Source of the DNA: an uncultured Christensenella sp.
Lineage (GTDB): Bacteria > Bacillota > Clostridia > Christensenellales > Pumilibacteraceae
DNA: 64,000 bases
Direction: 5' to 3'
Assembly: GCA_910585955.1 (NCBI GenBank)
Contig: CAJUGC010000007.1
Coordinates: 6,320-70,319, forward strand
Part shown: positions 17,515 to 32,500 of the stretch, in pieces
How positions within the stretch are numbered: the first letter of the stretch is position 1
Layout of the letters: the number at the start of each line of letters is the position of its first letter
Program-made: the position numbers and the translations under genes
Notes under the pieces: model-generated
Database searches by the model: none
What the model was told of the DNA's origin: nothing
What the model saw: only the letters and a program-made list of their open reading frames with translations

Positions 17515-20500
17515 TCAGTAGCCGAGCTTTTTACGACGCACAAGCATCACGACAAGCAATGCGCCTGCGGCGACGGTCATTGTCGACAAAACCGAAACTG
17601 TCGCTATGAAGTCAACCGGCGCGTCTTTCTTGAGCGTCCACGACATCTCGAAATCATCGCTCGTGCCGTTCGCCCACTCGTAATTTGCCTTGTCTTTAAG
17701 CGAAACTATCGCCGTATAATCTCCGTTTTTATTTGCGGAGTTGCCGGATATCGTCATTACGGTTTCGTCGAAGCCCGAAGGCGTAAGCGTATACTTTGTA
17801 TCGTCCACCTCATACTTACCGCCGTCCTGTGCAGGAAGCTCGAGACGTTTGCGAGCAACTATAAAATCCGTTTCGATCGTATTCGTTTCTTTTCCTTGCG
17901 ACACGAAAACAAAGTTTTCGTTTTGAAGAACTATCGCCGCTTTATATGCGCCTGCCTTAACGGGAACAACCGTTATGCCGTCTTCGAGCGTATGAGAGAA
18001 TGTGCCGTCGTATGACGTTCCATAATAATAAACGCTGTGCTCTGCGGTTTTAAGCAGTCTGTCGTCGCTAAAGCTTTCGTCTGCATAAGCAAATATCGCC
18101 GAAGCGGGCACGATTGCGGACATATACATTCCTCCGCACTCCGCAAAATCAGCCGTTATCCTTCTGGGCGTAATTTCGAAACGCAAAGCCGTAGAGACCG
18201 CACCGCTGTAATCGGTAGTGTCCCTTACCACGGCGCGCACGCGATAATCGCCCACAGCACTCGGCACGGCACGAGAATATTCGCCGAGCGTATCGCCCGA
18301 AACGGAAGCATACTCGAAGAATACGTTATCGCCGCCCAGCAAGGCGTTTACGACAAGCCTGCTCTCGAGACGTTTTTCTATCGAGTTACCGTCGTATTCG
18401 AAAGTAGCGCTATCCGCATTTTCGAACTTTGCCGATACGGTATTGTCCATATTCTTTGTTATCGTGTAAGTAAGCGACGCAACCGAGCCTTCGCTGTGCA
18501 ACCATTTATAATTGCGCACAAAGTCGCTTGTAAAGGTCAGCAAAAGCGAATACTCTCCCACATTGATTCCGCCGGCACAGGAAACGGTGTACATACCGTC
18601 TATAGGCGCAAACCCTTCTATCCTTGCAATAGCGTCGGCGCTCGGAACACGAAGGAAACCGCTGTACACCGAGTCGAGAAGTCCCGCCGCCTTAGCGCTG
18701 TTTTCTATCGAAGTTTCATCTATTGCTCGACGGGCTATAGTGAATACTTTGGATAGCGTGCCTCCGAGACGATAATTTTGGTTGTTGTTGCCGTCGCTTG
18801 CCGGCGCAAGTTCTATCATCGCCCTGTAAGTACCGGCGCTTGCAGGCATGGAACCGTATGTTATGCCCGTAGTATCGTCGTAATAAACCACGAGAATCTC
18901 GACCCGACCGACGAACGCTCCGCTTTCGAGCGCGCCATCGACGCCTTCTACCGTAAACGTAGCTTTCGCTCCCGCCGTCTCTCCGAACACAAGTCCGCTC
19001 GGCACGTCTATGCCGGTTACGGTAATTATAAGCGCGTTAACAACATAAGTGCCGTCGCGGAAAGTTATGTCGTAATTCTCATTAGAATTGTTACCGCCCG
19101 AAACCGCTTCGCCGATTATGCGATAGCGCCCCACGCTTGTAGGCAAGCCGCCCTCTATCGAAAGAGTAATCGCTATTATATCGGAACCGAATTTAGGCGT
19201 AGACTCATGTATAGTCCACTTTGTTTCGTCAAGCAAGATCTCACCGTTGTAACTTGCGCTTTGATCGCCGATAAGAATAGTGATCGGACGTTTCGTTACC
19301 GTAAGAGAGGCTAAATTCTCGCCCGCTTTAAACGTATAATTTTCAGCCTCGAGTGTTCCGACGCCGCTTATTGCGATAGTTTGCATCGAACCGACTGCAT
19401 TTCCTGCCCTGTACGCCGTGTAGTATACGGGCGCACCGGAAATCACGGCATAGCCGTCGCCGTACTCGAACGAACCATCCTCGACCAAGAAACCGCGATC
19501 GTCATGCGTATATTCATTTCCGTAAACCACAGAACCGCTTGTCGGAAGAACAACTATTTCCTTTTTACTTATATGAAGTTTGACGCGACTTGCAGCCACT
19601 CCGTAATAATCGTCAGAGCCATCAACATAAGCCTCGATAAAGTAATCGCCCGAAGCTCTGGGAGCGCCCGCAAGAAGTTTACCGTCCTTGTCGTAATATG
19701 CGAACTGTACCTGACCGAAATCCGCTATCGCTTCGGACGCATACTCCTCGCCGTAAATCTTAGAAATATCGTCGAAATGCTTTAGACCGTTACGCGCTTT
19801 TTCTATCTTCCACACAATTACCAAAGAAGAGCTTCCGTCTTTCCACATATAATTACGCGTATGCGAAGAGCGTATATCTACCGTAATTTCATGACTACCC
19901 GCTTTCACTGCGCCTACGGTGAATCTTCCGCCTTCCGTGGAAACATCCGAGAAAGACACCCTCATGACATCGTTGTCGAAACTTCCGTCCATATATGCAG
20001 TAAGCCTGTTACCCGTATAAATCCAACCCGTACCGGTATCGGTCAGAGTAGGAGTTTCCAAAGCAAACTTCTCGACTCCGAAGTCGTACTCGCTCGTCGA
20101 AGTCGGCGCATTTATGTTTACGGTCCTTTCTATATTTACTCTTATCTTATGTATGCCCGCGTCCTCGGGAAGCAAGCGTCCCCACTGCGCATAGTTTTCG
20201 CTGTAATACTGAAGTTCGATAAAACTGTCGAACGTACCGTACGTCCTATTAGTAAGCTCAAACTCGCGACCGCTTTCTGTACGCACCGTCACTACGACGG
20301 TTGCAGTTACGTCGCTGATAACGTCTTTGTATGTCCAAAGCATTGTTTCCGAATTTAAATCGCTCTCGCTCACTTCGACTTTAACGCCGTTTTTAACGAA
20401 ACTCAACTTGTCAAGTTCCGCATTGACAACGTCAACGGTTTTTATGTGATAAGAGAACGAGCGGAATTTATTGATCGTTTCGGCAGTTTGATCTTCCGTA

Positions 20501-23500
20501 TGCGTAAACCAATAGAAGTTGTCGGAATCGATCAGTTTGAGTACAAACGAATAATGGCTTGCATTTATATTTTCGATTGCTTCGCCGTCCAGCTCGTATT
20601 TTACGCCGTAGAATTCGTTTTTCTTTACCGAGTCTTCCGCCGTATGCGCAAAGCCGTCGAAATCGAATGATTCGACAACTATTCTGTCGCCGTAAACAGC
20701 CTGACGCGCAACAATGTAATTTCCCTCCACATAGCCGCTTGTCGCATTTGCAAGCTCGAAGTTATGCGCAGACTCTCCGCTAAGCGATATGCGAACCTTA
20801 TAGCGACCGGCAAGCGTAGGCATTAAGCCGTCGCTTGCAACTCCGCCGAACGAACTTCCGACATAAACTATACTTACCGAAATACCGGCTTTCAAATCGT
20901 CGAAATCGGCAAGTCCCGTAACTGCGTCCGTAAAGTCGTAATCTCTTGCCGACATAGACGTATCTCCGTAAACGCCGCCTATATATTCGTCGTCGCCGGC
21001 GAACACAAGATTTATCCGACGAGCCGAAATGTCGCAAACTTTATATTCGGACGTCGTAGCCTCGGTATAGTCGTTCGTTTCGGGAATACGCACTTTGACA
21101 TAATATGTTCCCTTGCGCGTATGTCGAACCGAATCGAACTCTTCGTATGTTCCGTTTTCCGTAGAAGAAACGAGATATATTTTTGTCTCTTGTCCGAAAT
21201 CCGCAGTCACGCCCAGTCCGCCCTCATGTAGAGTTCCGTCATACACCCAAGAAAGTTCGCCGGGATTTGCGCCCGTCCAACGAACGACGTTGGCGGCCTT
21301 TTCTATTTCGAAAGTAAATTCGCGGCTTGCGACCTCTACGCTCGCCCACTTGTAATTGTGGAATACTGCGTTTTCGAGCGTAAGCGTAAATCCGTAAGTC
21401 CCTGCCGATACTTCTTTATCGCTCGCCGTTACGGTAAATAGCTTATCTACTCCCGACGGAAGAGGATAGAGAGCAGAGCCCAAAGTAACGACGCGATTAG
21501 CGACGTCTCCGTCTATCGAATATTCGTGTCCCGTATACGCGACTTTGAGTACGTTTTTAAGACTTGCGGCATTTTGAATAAGAGCGCCGTCCAAAGTGTA
21601 TTTTTCCACGGCGAACGCTGCGGACGCACCGATAAGCGTTATGTTGCCGCTGTTTGTTCCCGAAACAAGACCTACAGTGTAACCGCTCCCCGCAAACAAA
21701 GGCAAAGAAGGAGAATTGGAATATGTCGCACCGTTGTTCGACACGCCGGAATATCTGAGAACAAACGTCTCGTTTTCATTCAGTATAGTCGTGCTTGCCG
21801 TTGCGCTGTCCACGGTAAGTGTTTGCTCCGATCCGTCGTAAACATACTTAAGCGTGAGAGACAGATTTCCCGTAGGCGCGTTGCCGCGGTTGTAGACCAG
21901 CGTACCGCCTGCCGTAGCTTCCGTAACCGTAAGCGTAAGAGAATTTATCACGAACCTTCCCGAAGGTGTAACGGTTATATCGTAATTGTCGTTTTTGCCG
22001 ACGCTCGTAAACTTATAGGATATAGGATAGTTTCCTACATTCATGCAGTTATCCGGCAAAGAAAGAGCTATGCCGAGCGTATCGAGCGCCTGCGTTGTCT
22101 CGTTAGTGACAAGAGCGTTGTTCAAAACATACCAACCGTTTTTCTCTCCCATGCTTTCGTCGAGAGCATGATCGGATGTACCGTCGTAAGTAGCCTCCTG
22201 GCTGTTTATGATTACGGTTATCGACTTTTTATTTACTGTAAGAGTTGCGGTTTCGCTACCGTCGAAAGTAACGGAATAGTTATTTGCAAGCTCTCCCGAA
22301 ACAGCGACGCCCGAAAGCCCGCTTATTCTTATCGCGTACTCTCCCACGTCTGCGCCGACAAAATAGTTTCCGTTTTCATTTGAAACCGTTGCGCTCGGCA
22401 ATCCGCCCAAAACAGGAAGATCGTCATACATTGCGCCGACAAGTTCATAGTTGCCTTCAATAGTAAATGCCTCGCCGTATGTAAGAGCAGTATCTTTGGG
22501 TCTCACGGCAAGTACGGCTTTGACTATTTCGCAAGCCGCATATGCCGTTTCGGAAGCATAGTCGTCTTCTCCGCCTTGAGAGGTCGCGCCAATCCAATAT
22601 TTACCCACGCCTTTAGGGAAACCGACTTTCCAATCAAGTCCTTCGGGCACCATGCTCGGGTCAGTGGAATCGGTGTCTCTGCTTGCGTACATATAAGTTA
22701 TGACGCCGCCGAACAAAGCGCTTACTCCCGTCGAATCGTAAGTTTCGCCATAGTATATTCCCGTTTGAACAGTGAGTCCCGAAACGGTGTTCGTTCCCGC
22801 AGTGACCGTCCAGGTAATTATGACGTTACCGTTCTCAAGCTTAGTATGCTCGCTCGGCGTAAACTCATTCCACTCGTAATTAGTATCGTTGATAAGAGAT
22901 ACGGTAAGCTCATGCGCGCCCGCCGAAGACGTATGAAGAGTAATCGTACCCGCCTTAAGCTCGAAAGCCTCGGCATAAGTCATGCTCATTATACCCTCGC
23001 GATAGCCGCTTACGGTAGCGGAAAGCAAACTTCCGCCGTAAACTTTATCTGCGCCTTCCTCGTCGAACAGCGGAACGTCTATCTTATCTTTGGCAATACG
23101 GAATGCAAACCAGGCTTGAACGGGTATTCGCTTTGTTTCCGTCGTTCCCGTGTCGCTGCTTTCATAGGTGTAATCAACCGAACCTGTCGCGCGTACCATA
23201 TATGCGCCGGCATTAACGGGGCTGACTCCGTAAGTCCGAGTGCCGTCCAAAGAGTTTATGTCGTTTTGCGTAAGCGACATATTCCAAAGATTTTTACTGT
23301 CGAGAGACGCAATCGTCTCCTCCGAAAGAAGAGCGTAGGATATCGCTATGGTAGCGTTTTCGTCAAGCGCAAAGTCCTTTCCACCGGCTTCCGTAGCTTT
23401 AAGCTTAGGCTCCACAGCCGTATCGCCGTAAGTCCAGCCGCTCATACTTATAGTAAGGTTTATCTCGCTTACGAAAGTATTGAAAGAAAGCGTGACTGTC

Positions 23501-26500
23501 TGCGACTGCGGACTGTCTCGGTTTACGAGAATATAATCGTTAGCATAATCGGGCTTCAGCGAAAGGACGATGGAATAATTGCCGCTTTTGATGACAGGCA
23601 ACACAAGTCCCTTTCCGCCCTCGCCTATTCTGATACCGCCGTCGATCTCCATATCGACCGCACCGCCGAGCATTATGCCCGAACGGTCGAGGATCACGCC
23701 GTCGTAATTGGGTATCGTGTTCTCGTCCGCTCTGCCTTCCGCAAACTCGAAAGTCTGCGTCGTCCATTCGAGACGAACCACCTGCTTGGCGATCTCATAG
23801 CGGTCCGCAAACGTGTAGCTTGCTACCGATCCCGCAAACAAATAGTCGTATTCTCCGTTTTCGTTGGTGATCAAGTTAAGCGTAACAGTATAGTCGCCCG
23901 CTCTTGAAACGTCCGTAAGAGACGACACAGCGGTTCCGTCTTTAAGAACACCGTCGTAAGAGTATGCGAATATCTCGCTTGCAAAGCCGAAAACCGTATT
24001 CGTAAACGCTACGGGCGCGTTTTGTACAACGGGAAGGTGCGCGTTGTCCGCCGCAAAAGTCACGGTTTTCGCCGTAAGGCTTGCGCCTATCGTGCGCGGC
24101 AAAATCGCAATAGTTCCTTCATTTATGTCGAATTTATAGTTTTGAAGGGTTATGTCGTCAATCGTGACTTTATACTCGTCGCCTACATGAGACTCACCGA
24201 TCGTATACTCCGCCGCGCCGGAACCCGCCGTAAGAACAGTCTTATAGCTTATCGAACCGCTGAGGAACAGCCAGGACAAAGCAGACAGATTACCGGTTTC
24301 GCCTACGTTTCCCTGCGGAACAAAGCCGGAATATGTAGCATTATATATAAGAGCGTCGCCGTAAACCACAGAATGTGCTTTTCCCTCGTCGCCGCTGACG
24401 CCTACAAAAACCTCGAGAGTCTTTTTCTCGATCGTGAACGTACCGTCAGTCCCCGTGCTCCAACTTCCGGTAAATGCGATATCGTAATTTTTGTTCGTAT
24501 AATCCGCGCTTATAGCAAATCCTTTCAAAGAGCAATCGGTTTCGTTGCCGCCGCCTATTTTCAAGGTTATACCGAGATCGGCAACAGTATCGTTGCCTTC
24601 GTTTCCCGTTAAATCACCGCTTTTGAGAATAATATATTTGCCTGTATTTCCACCGCTTGCAAGACTTGCTTCAAGCTCGCTTTGAATCCATTCGTCATGC
24701 TTCGAGCCGGTATAAGTACGCGAGGCGTCTTTGATCTCGACGGTTATTTTGCGACCGACGACAGTTAACGTACCGGAACCGAACGAGGAATGATTGACAA
24801 CTATATTGTAATTGTTCGAAACGAATTCGTCCGAATTCGGAATTATGGTAAATATTTCACCCGCTGCCGAAGCCGTAGTATGGGCATTTGCCGAACTGTC
24901 GACTGCAGCATATGTAACGCTTGAAATATCTATCTCCTTTCCCACGCCGATGATACCGGCACTCGGGATTTCGTTACCCTGCGTTCCCTGCTGACCTATA
25001 TGTCCTTGCACGAGACCTTTGTAAAGTAAATTGTGGGTACTTCCCGCCGAACCGTCGAAACGATCACCATACTCTATCTTCTCGTTAGACGCTTTTACAT
25101 AAAGAGATTTTTGCGTTATCGTATAATTAAGCGTTACGGTGTCGCCCGCAAAACCTATCCATTCGTAATCGTCCGTAAATTCGAGTTTTACCTTGACCGC
25201 ATAGCTACCTGCATTTACGGCGCCGAACCCGAACGTACCTGCCGCAAAGTGACCGTCCCCGAATTTCGACGGAGCGCTGCCGAGATTGTCGGCATACTCG
25301 ATCTCGTAGGTCATAACATATCCGTTTTCGCGGTTGGGATCGGTCAAAGACGAGCAACCCGCAAGACTAAACGTAATGTCGTTTCCGTCGTAAACAGCGC
25401 TTGTATCGCCGATCGTAGTTACGACGTTTATCTTCTTCTTAGTAATAGTAAACTGGAAGTTGCGCGATGTTTCGTCCAAGACATAGTTGCCGTAAGCAAG
25501 CTCGGTAACGGTCGCCGTCGCGAGATAGGAACCCGCATTAAGCGGACTCGAAACAGATTCGTTATCCTTTCTATAGGAAATATTTATAAAATTCTCGAAA
25601 TCTTCTCTGTCCGGATCGGGCACAGCTTCAGGCACCGAAGAAAGCTTAACAGCATACGGACTTTGCTTGTATTCGACACTGCCCGTCAACGCTTCAGTAC
25701 CGCTTGCGTCCTCGTAAAGCCGCATATCCACAGCAACGGAAAGAGGGTTGACTTTCATAACGTAGTCGTCCGCAGAACCCGCAAACGTATAGTTGTTGTT
25801 GTTGTTTGCAATGAAGCGCAAATAGTATGTGCCAGCGTTTTTGGGAGCTACGCCCGTGTAATCGATGCCGCTGAGTGCGCTTCTGTAAACCGTACGGAAA
25901 GTTACGTCGTCAAAATCCGCATTTACGCATTCCGCTTTGAACTCCCACGCATAGCCGCTGTATGTTCCCACATACTCGCGCCCCGAAGCGGCAACGCTCG
26001 CTTCTGTTTCGCTTCCGTCGATCGAATGCCACACGGAGACGTTTATATTCAATTCGGCTTGCTTTATTTCGAACGTACCCTTAGTTCCGCCCGAATAAGA
26101 GCCTTCATAAGAAATGTCGTAATTAGCCGCATATTTATTTTCCTCGGCGTAAATAGGATATTTACCCACATCTTTCGTCGAAACCGCAAGATTTCCGCTC
26201 TCGTCGTATATAAAGGCGTCGGTCACGATATGCACCGGAATTTCCGCGCCGAACGGACGGTTTTCGCCGTCGTAATAATATCCGGCAGCGTCCTTGTTTT
26301 CAGCGCTCGTAAGATCGGTATCGATAGCCGCAGGGTCTTCTTTTTCGCCGCTAGAAATGTTGAAATTATACTTGTTTTCGGCGTTGTTGATATGGATCGA
26401 AAGCGGCTTCTTGTTTACGGTGAGAGTAGCCGTTTCAAGCACGGGCGCGTAATTTTTAAGCACTTCCATTCCTTCGAGGATCGACTGCACGCCGCCGACG

Positions 26501-29500
26501 AATCGTATATAATAAGTATTCGATACGCTTCCGTTTTCAAAGCCTGCCGCATAATGCGTAAAACTTTCGTCGTTTCCGTAACCTGCCTCGAGTCTCAAAA
26601 CTTCGTTTCTTATTTCGCTCGAGAAATCCTCTCCGTTTTTAAAGCTGCCGATCTCGAACTTCAGCGAATCGAAATCCAACGCGTCTCCGTACGTTATAGT
26701 CGCCGCTTTGGGAGCAAGAGAAAGCTCCGCCTTGTTAACGGTTATTTCGTATTCGCTTTCGAGATCGTAGAAATTGTCGTTGCCGTCTACACTTACGACA
26801 ACTTTATAAACGCCCGCGCCGAGAAGCTGACCGTTGTTGTAAGTCTCACCGCTTATAGTATCCGTGAGCCATGACCAATGCTCGCCGCTCATAGAGTATT
26901 CTCCCACAAGCGTAGCGAAATCCTCGCCGCCGAACAACGAAATCTCGGGCAATGTTTCTCCGCCGCTCGGCACGCGCTTAAAGTTTGCTTCGGGCTTGGT
27001 CTCCTCGTTTGCCGACAAATCGTAGCTTCCGTAAGACCAATATGATTTTGCAATCGCATATTCTTTATCGGTTTTCCAACCGTTGTATACCTTCGCAATT
27101 TCGGCAGTCAAGCTCCCCGTAACCGTATTATGATTCTCTCCCGAAATCATATAGTATACATAGTAAGTACCTGCGTCTATAAGCTTGGGAACGGAGTCGA
27201 GATCGTAACCGTTCTCGTCGGACGGCGCATAATCTTCTATTTTGCCGTCGCCTTCCGAAACTTTGATAAGTGCGTATTTGAAATCGAGTATGCTCGCTCC
27301 GCTCGGTCTTTCTTTGTCTGCCGGAGAAGCCAAAACTCCGTCCGAAGCGGTCGATACGATCAAATCGTGTTCGTTCTCGTCATAATCGGCGTTATAGCCT
27401 TTAAGCGTAAGTTCGATATCCGCAGGAACGACCTTATGCGAGCCGAGCGTGAAGCTTAAATCGTAATTTCCGTTTACGCCTCCGAGCTCCCTCCTTTCAT
27501 AAGTTACGGTATACGTTCCAACGCCGTTCATATCAGTACGGTTGCCGTTTGCGTCGTAAACGAATGCTCCGCTCTTTATAAAGAACAGTTTTTCATATTC
27601 GTGCGTACCGACGGATTTATCTCCCGCATACACATCGGTTATGGAATTGCCTGCTATGTCTTTTACGCCCGTTGTAAGCGTAAAGCCGTTTTCTGCCCTC
27701 ACATTGAGATCGCGCCCGCTTCCCGCGCCGTTAAACCAATATGAGTCTTCTATATCGCCTACCGTAATGATGACAGGCAGTTTTTCGACGGAAACGATAT
27801 TTTGTTCCTCCGGCGCGATATTAAAGACGTAGTTTCCTGCCGCGAATCCGAGATTTTCGACCTTCACGCGGTAGGTGCCCACAGAATCTCCCGCAATATA
27901 ATCAGTCGAAATGTCGAGCGTCCCGTCAATCCAACCTTCGAGCGGCAGTTCTTTTCCTCCTATTGCGCGAACGGCTTTAAACGAAACCTTACCGCCGCTT
28001 GCAGATGCAAACGTGATACTTTCATTCTCGCCGAGACCGTCGAAATCATAGTTGAAGTATTGAAGATCGGGCGTATTTTCCCCATAGTAAATATTTGCCG
28101 ATACAGATAAAACAACTTCTTTTTTAGTTACTGTTACGGTAACGTACCCAATCTCGGTTTCGTGATTGTCCGCCGAAATTCTATAGTACAAATAGTATGT
28201 TCCCGCATTAAGAACCTCGGGAATTTCCGAAGCAAACGCGGAAGCGTCGGGAGCAACCGTTTCGGTCGAAAGCGCGTAAGCCCAACCGAGATTATTGTCG
28301 GAAACATTTTCCGTCGCCGTCTTGCGCGCCTCGCTTTTAGTCGTTCCGTAATAGGAAACCGACTTAGACGAAATAGCCGCATGAACCGCGCCGTCGTAAG
28401 CAATGCCGCTTTCCGAATAAGAAACCACTTGTATATCCTCGAACGACGCTGTTTTAATATTATAGTAAGCGGCGACTTCCGACGTCTTTTGAGCGGACTC
28501 GTTCAATACGTCCGAATTAAGAATCACTTCCGCAAGAGTATCGCCTGCAGCGGATACGGGCTTGAATTTTACTATATAGTTGTCGCCCTTTGCGTCGGTA
28601 TTAAGAGACAATGTTACCGCATAGCCGTTCTTTGCTTCGGCGCGAACTCTTCCGTCGGGATTTGCGGGCGTAGTCGCCGTAAGCACGTCTACGATTGTAT
28701 CGAACGATGCAAGCCCGCCGCCTACGATTTGACTTGCGGAAATCTCTGCCAATCTCGAAACAAGAGGCGTATCGAATACTTCATCGCTACCGTAGATGTG
28801 TTCGAGATTTTTGACGTCTATTTTCAACTCTCGAGGACGAACCGTTATCTCTCCGTTCGTAAATACTACAGAGTAGTTTGCAAATTCCGCCTTACCGCCT
28901 GTCGCGATAAACTTATCGTTGCCGTGGAAAAGCTCCAAATCGCAGAAGCCGACATCAGTCCTCTCGTCGTCGACGCCTTCCCCCCCCGCAACGCGAATAT
29001 TTATATCCGACGTAAAGCCGTCGATTCCCGCGTTTTCGTCATCGTCGCAGAACTTAACGGTCGAAACATAATTCCAAACTCTCTTTTCCGAGCCTATCTT
29101 CTCGCCGTAAACGCTTTCGCTGTCCTCAACGGATATTTCGACTTCGCGCTTTGCTATCGTGTATTTATCCGCCGATTTCCAAGCAAGATCATAGCCGTCG
29201 GGAAGTTTGAGATTTGCCGTGCTGTCCGATTGAAGCGAGGAAACGGCAAGAGTATAGTCTCCTGCATTCTTAAACTCGACTTCAGCTCCGCTTTCGCTTA
29301 CTGCGGCAAGCAAAAGTTCGTGCGTCGAGCCGTCACCTCTGTCCGCATACGTTGCCAAGCCGAGCGTTTGTGTCGTCCTGTCGTTTGCATTATAGACGAA
29401 CGAACTTTCATTCCAAACTATGTCGGTTTCTTTAAGCTCGTATTTCTCTATCGTATGCGCGCCTTTCTCGACGTTGACCGTGAAATCGTCGAGCGTTATT

Positions 29501-32500
29501 TGTCCCGTAAAGTTTCCGCCGTTATAAACAAGGTAAGTTTCATAACTGCCCACGGAGCTTGTTCCGACTGCCGTCGAAGCAAATCCGAATGAAAGTACGG
29601 ACGGCGCAGAGTTTCCGGATTCTATCTCGATACCGCCGTCTTCCACAAACTTATCCGTGCCCTCGACATATACCCAACCGAGCGGATAAGATCCGACCAC
29701 GTCGCCGTAAATCGTCGTAACGTCCTTCGCCGCAATGTTTACCGTACGCTTTTGCATTTCTATGCTACGCGTAAGAGAGTCATACTCCGATTCGCCGCTC
29801 ACCGCAAGACGGTAATTCGCGTCGGATACTGCAGTCACCGCAAAGTCATACCGACCTGCTCTTTTAAAGATAGTATCCTGCCCCGAAATATCGACGCTTT
29901 CAAGAGCGACTTTATTTGCGTCGACATCCTCGTACCAAACGAATTTGCCGTTGTAATTAGCAAATTGATCGGTGCCGTCGTAAACAAACTTGTCGCTGTT
30001 CCATTGAACCTCTATGACCTTTTGTTCTACATCAAATACACCGTCAACATATGTTATATCGTAATTAGTAAGTTCGGCGCGCGGCGTGATGACCGTCTTA
30101 TAGTTACCGACAGAGGTGTTGTAGAGCACATATGCTCCGTCCGATTTTTTAGCCGTTACGGCAAAGCTGTCGAGGCTTATATTGTCGCTCGCAACGAAGT
30201 CGCCATCTGTAATTCTTACGAGATTTGCTCCGTCTATATTGAGATTTGCTCCGTCAGACGTAATTTTACTGCCGAAGATGTGGCTTGCATCGCCGGCGTT
30301 AAGCGTGACGGAACGCTTATCGATCGTCAATTTCGACTGAAGCCCCGACGTAGGAAGAACGTAGTTCGCGGCGGCTTCGCCGGTAATGCTCTTTATTTCG
30401 ATGTCATAATATGTTGCGTTTTTATCTGCGTCGAGCTTGACATCGACGGGATTGTCCATAGCATCGCCTGCAAGTCCTATCTGAAGCCCGAGCGTATCGC
30501 CGTACTGCGAATTCGTAACGGCGGCAAATCCCATATGAGAATTTCCGTCATATATAGCAGCAAACATATTTTCGACGGCATCGTATGTCACTCCGTTAAC
30601 TTCGCTCGATTGCCAATCGAAAGCAACTTCTTTCTTTTCGATTGCAAATTCGACAATGTAGCGCTGTTCGTATTCGTAGACGCCGTTACCCGTAGAATCG
30701 CCCGTTCTGTAAATTACGGCCGCACGGTATCTGCCTGCCGACTTGGGAAGCGCGGCAAAGAAATCGGCCTTATTCGTAATATCGTCAGATCCCGTCGAAA
30801 CAGTTTCGCCCGTATAAGCCGCATAAGATTTATCGTCCTCGTTATAGACATAATATACTGCCTCTCTCTGCGCGGGAACGTAATCGGACGGAATAACGCT
30901 GTCGGTGTGGAATCTAAAACCTGTCACGTCGTCTCCGTAAGTCCACTCGGCAACGGCCGTGCCGTCCGCGCTTTGTATCGTAAATTCAAGCTCGAATACC
31001 GATCCCGTAATCCTGTATTGCACTTTTAGTACGGTTTCGAAATCCAAAAGCGTATCCTCTATTCCGAGCGTAGACATTGTATTTTCGTCTACTTCTTCCT
31101 TAACGAAAGCGTAATCGTAAATACTTTCGTCATCCGTAAGCAACGAGAGAGTAAGAGTAATATCGTATATTCCGACAGCATCGGACGTTACGTTTCCATA
31201 TACTATGTTTGCCGAAACCACCCAATCTCCGCCGAGATCGAAATCCACGGAGCTTACAGCATCTTTCGCTTCCGAATATTTCTTATCCGCAACTGTCTCG
31301 CCGTAAGTCGAATACAGAACAGGCACGAATATCTTGCCCGCTTCGCGCGTAGTGGAACGGGACAACGTAGGCGCGTTAACCGCCTTTCTCTCGAGCTTGA
31401 AATCCAGCGTAACGGTATTGTCGTTTTCCGCATCGGGCGCTGTGCTACCGTCCTCGAAACAATAATTTTTACCGTCCGAAAGCGTAAACGTCACGAAATA
31501 GTCGCCCGCACGCTTGACCGATACCGTAATTTTTTTATTTGAATCGTCTGCGCTATGCGGAACGGTTATGCTTCCGACATCTTTTCCTCTCACATCATGC
31601 GCGTTTGCCGCATAGCTCATACGAGCAGAATCGTAATTCTTTATTACTACGTCATGCTCCGATTTATCGTATTCTCCGAGCGAGTTTCCCGCACCGAGCG
31701 CCGTTTCAATCGTCGGCTTTACTACGGCAGCGCGAATAATCGTGAAATTCGCCTTGGGCTTTACGGCAGCCGCAGACGAGAAATCTATCTTATAATTCTC
31801 AGCTCCCTCGCCCGTTAAACCTACGACATACGCCGTATAATAGCCCGCGTCCGTTACGTTCGCCAAGCCGCCGCTTGTTCCCGTATTGTCTTTGCCTTCG
31901 AGATACTCGAGAGAAAGAACAAGCGACTTATTGTCCTCAACCTCGAAATGATTGCTTACCGAAGCCGTCGGAGAAAGATAACTGCCGCTATAAGTCTGCT
32001 CCAAATCTGCCCAATCGACTTCGAGCGCCGCGGGATCGACGCGCATAAAGTATGTTTTATCCGCTATATTATAACCCTGCGAAGGATCGGAGCTTCCGTC
32101 CGCCCAAACATAGTTATATTTCGTTTTGTCGTCAAGCCCGACCGTGACTTCGTAGGAATTTACGGCGTCTCCGAATGCCGCGCGGTTAACATCGGTATGT
32201 TTGCCGCCGCTTACGGTTATATGATTTTCAATACCGACGTAATTTTGTATAATATCGATGAAATCATGCTCGACGCCGTCATATCCGACAACATACGGTT
32301 TTTCCTCGCTCGCGTCCTGCGAAAGAACAAAATCGACGAGAGCGGGAGTGATTTTAAACGTAAGACTTACGGGAGCGTTATCCGTGCCGACCGAGTCGTC
32401 AGACTTCGCTTTCCATTTATAGTTTTCGGGATCGCGTAAAGTGACTACGACAGTATAACTTCCTATCGTTGCCTTATCGGACGCTATCGATTGCCAAACA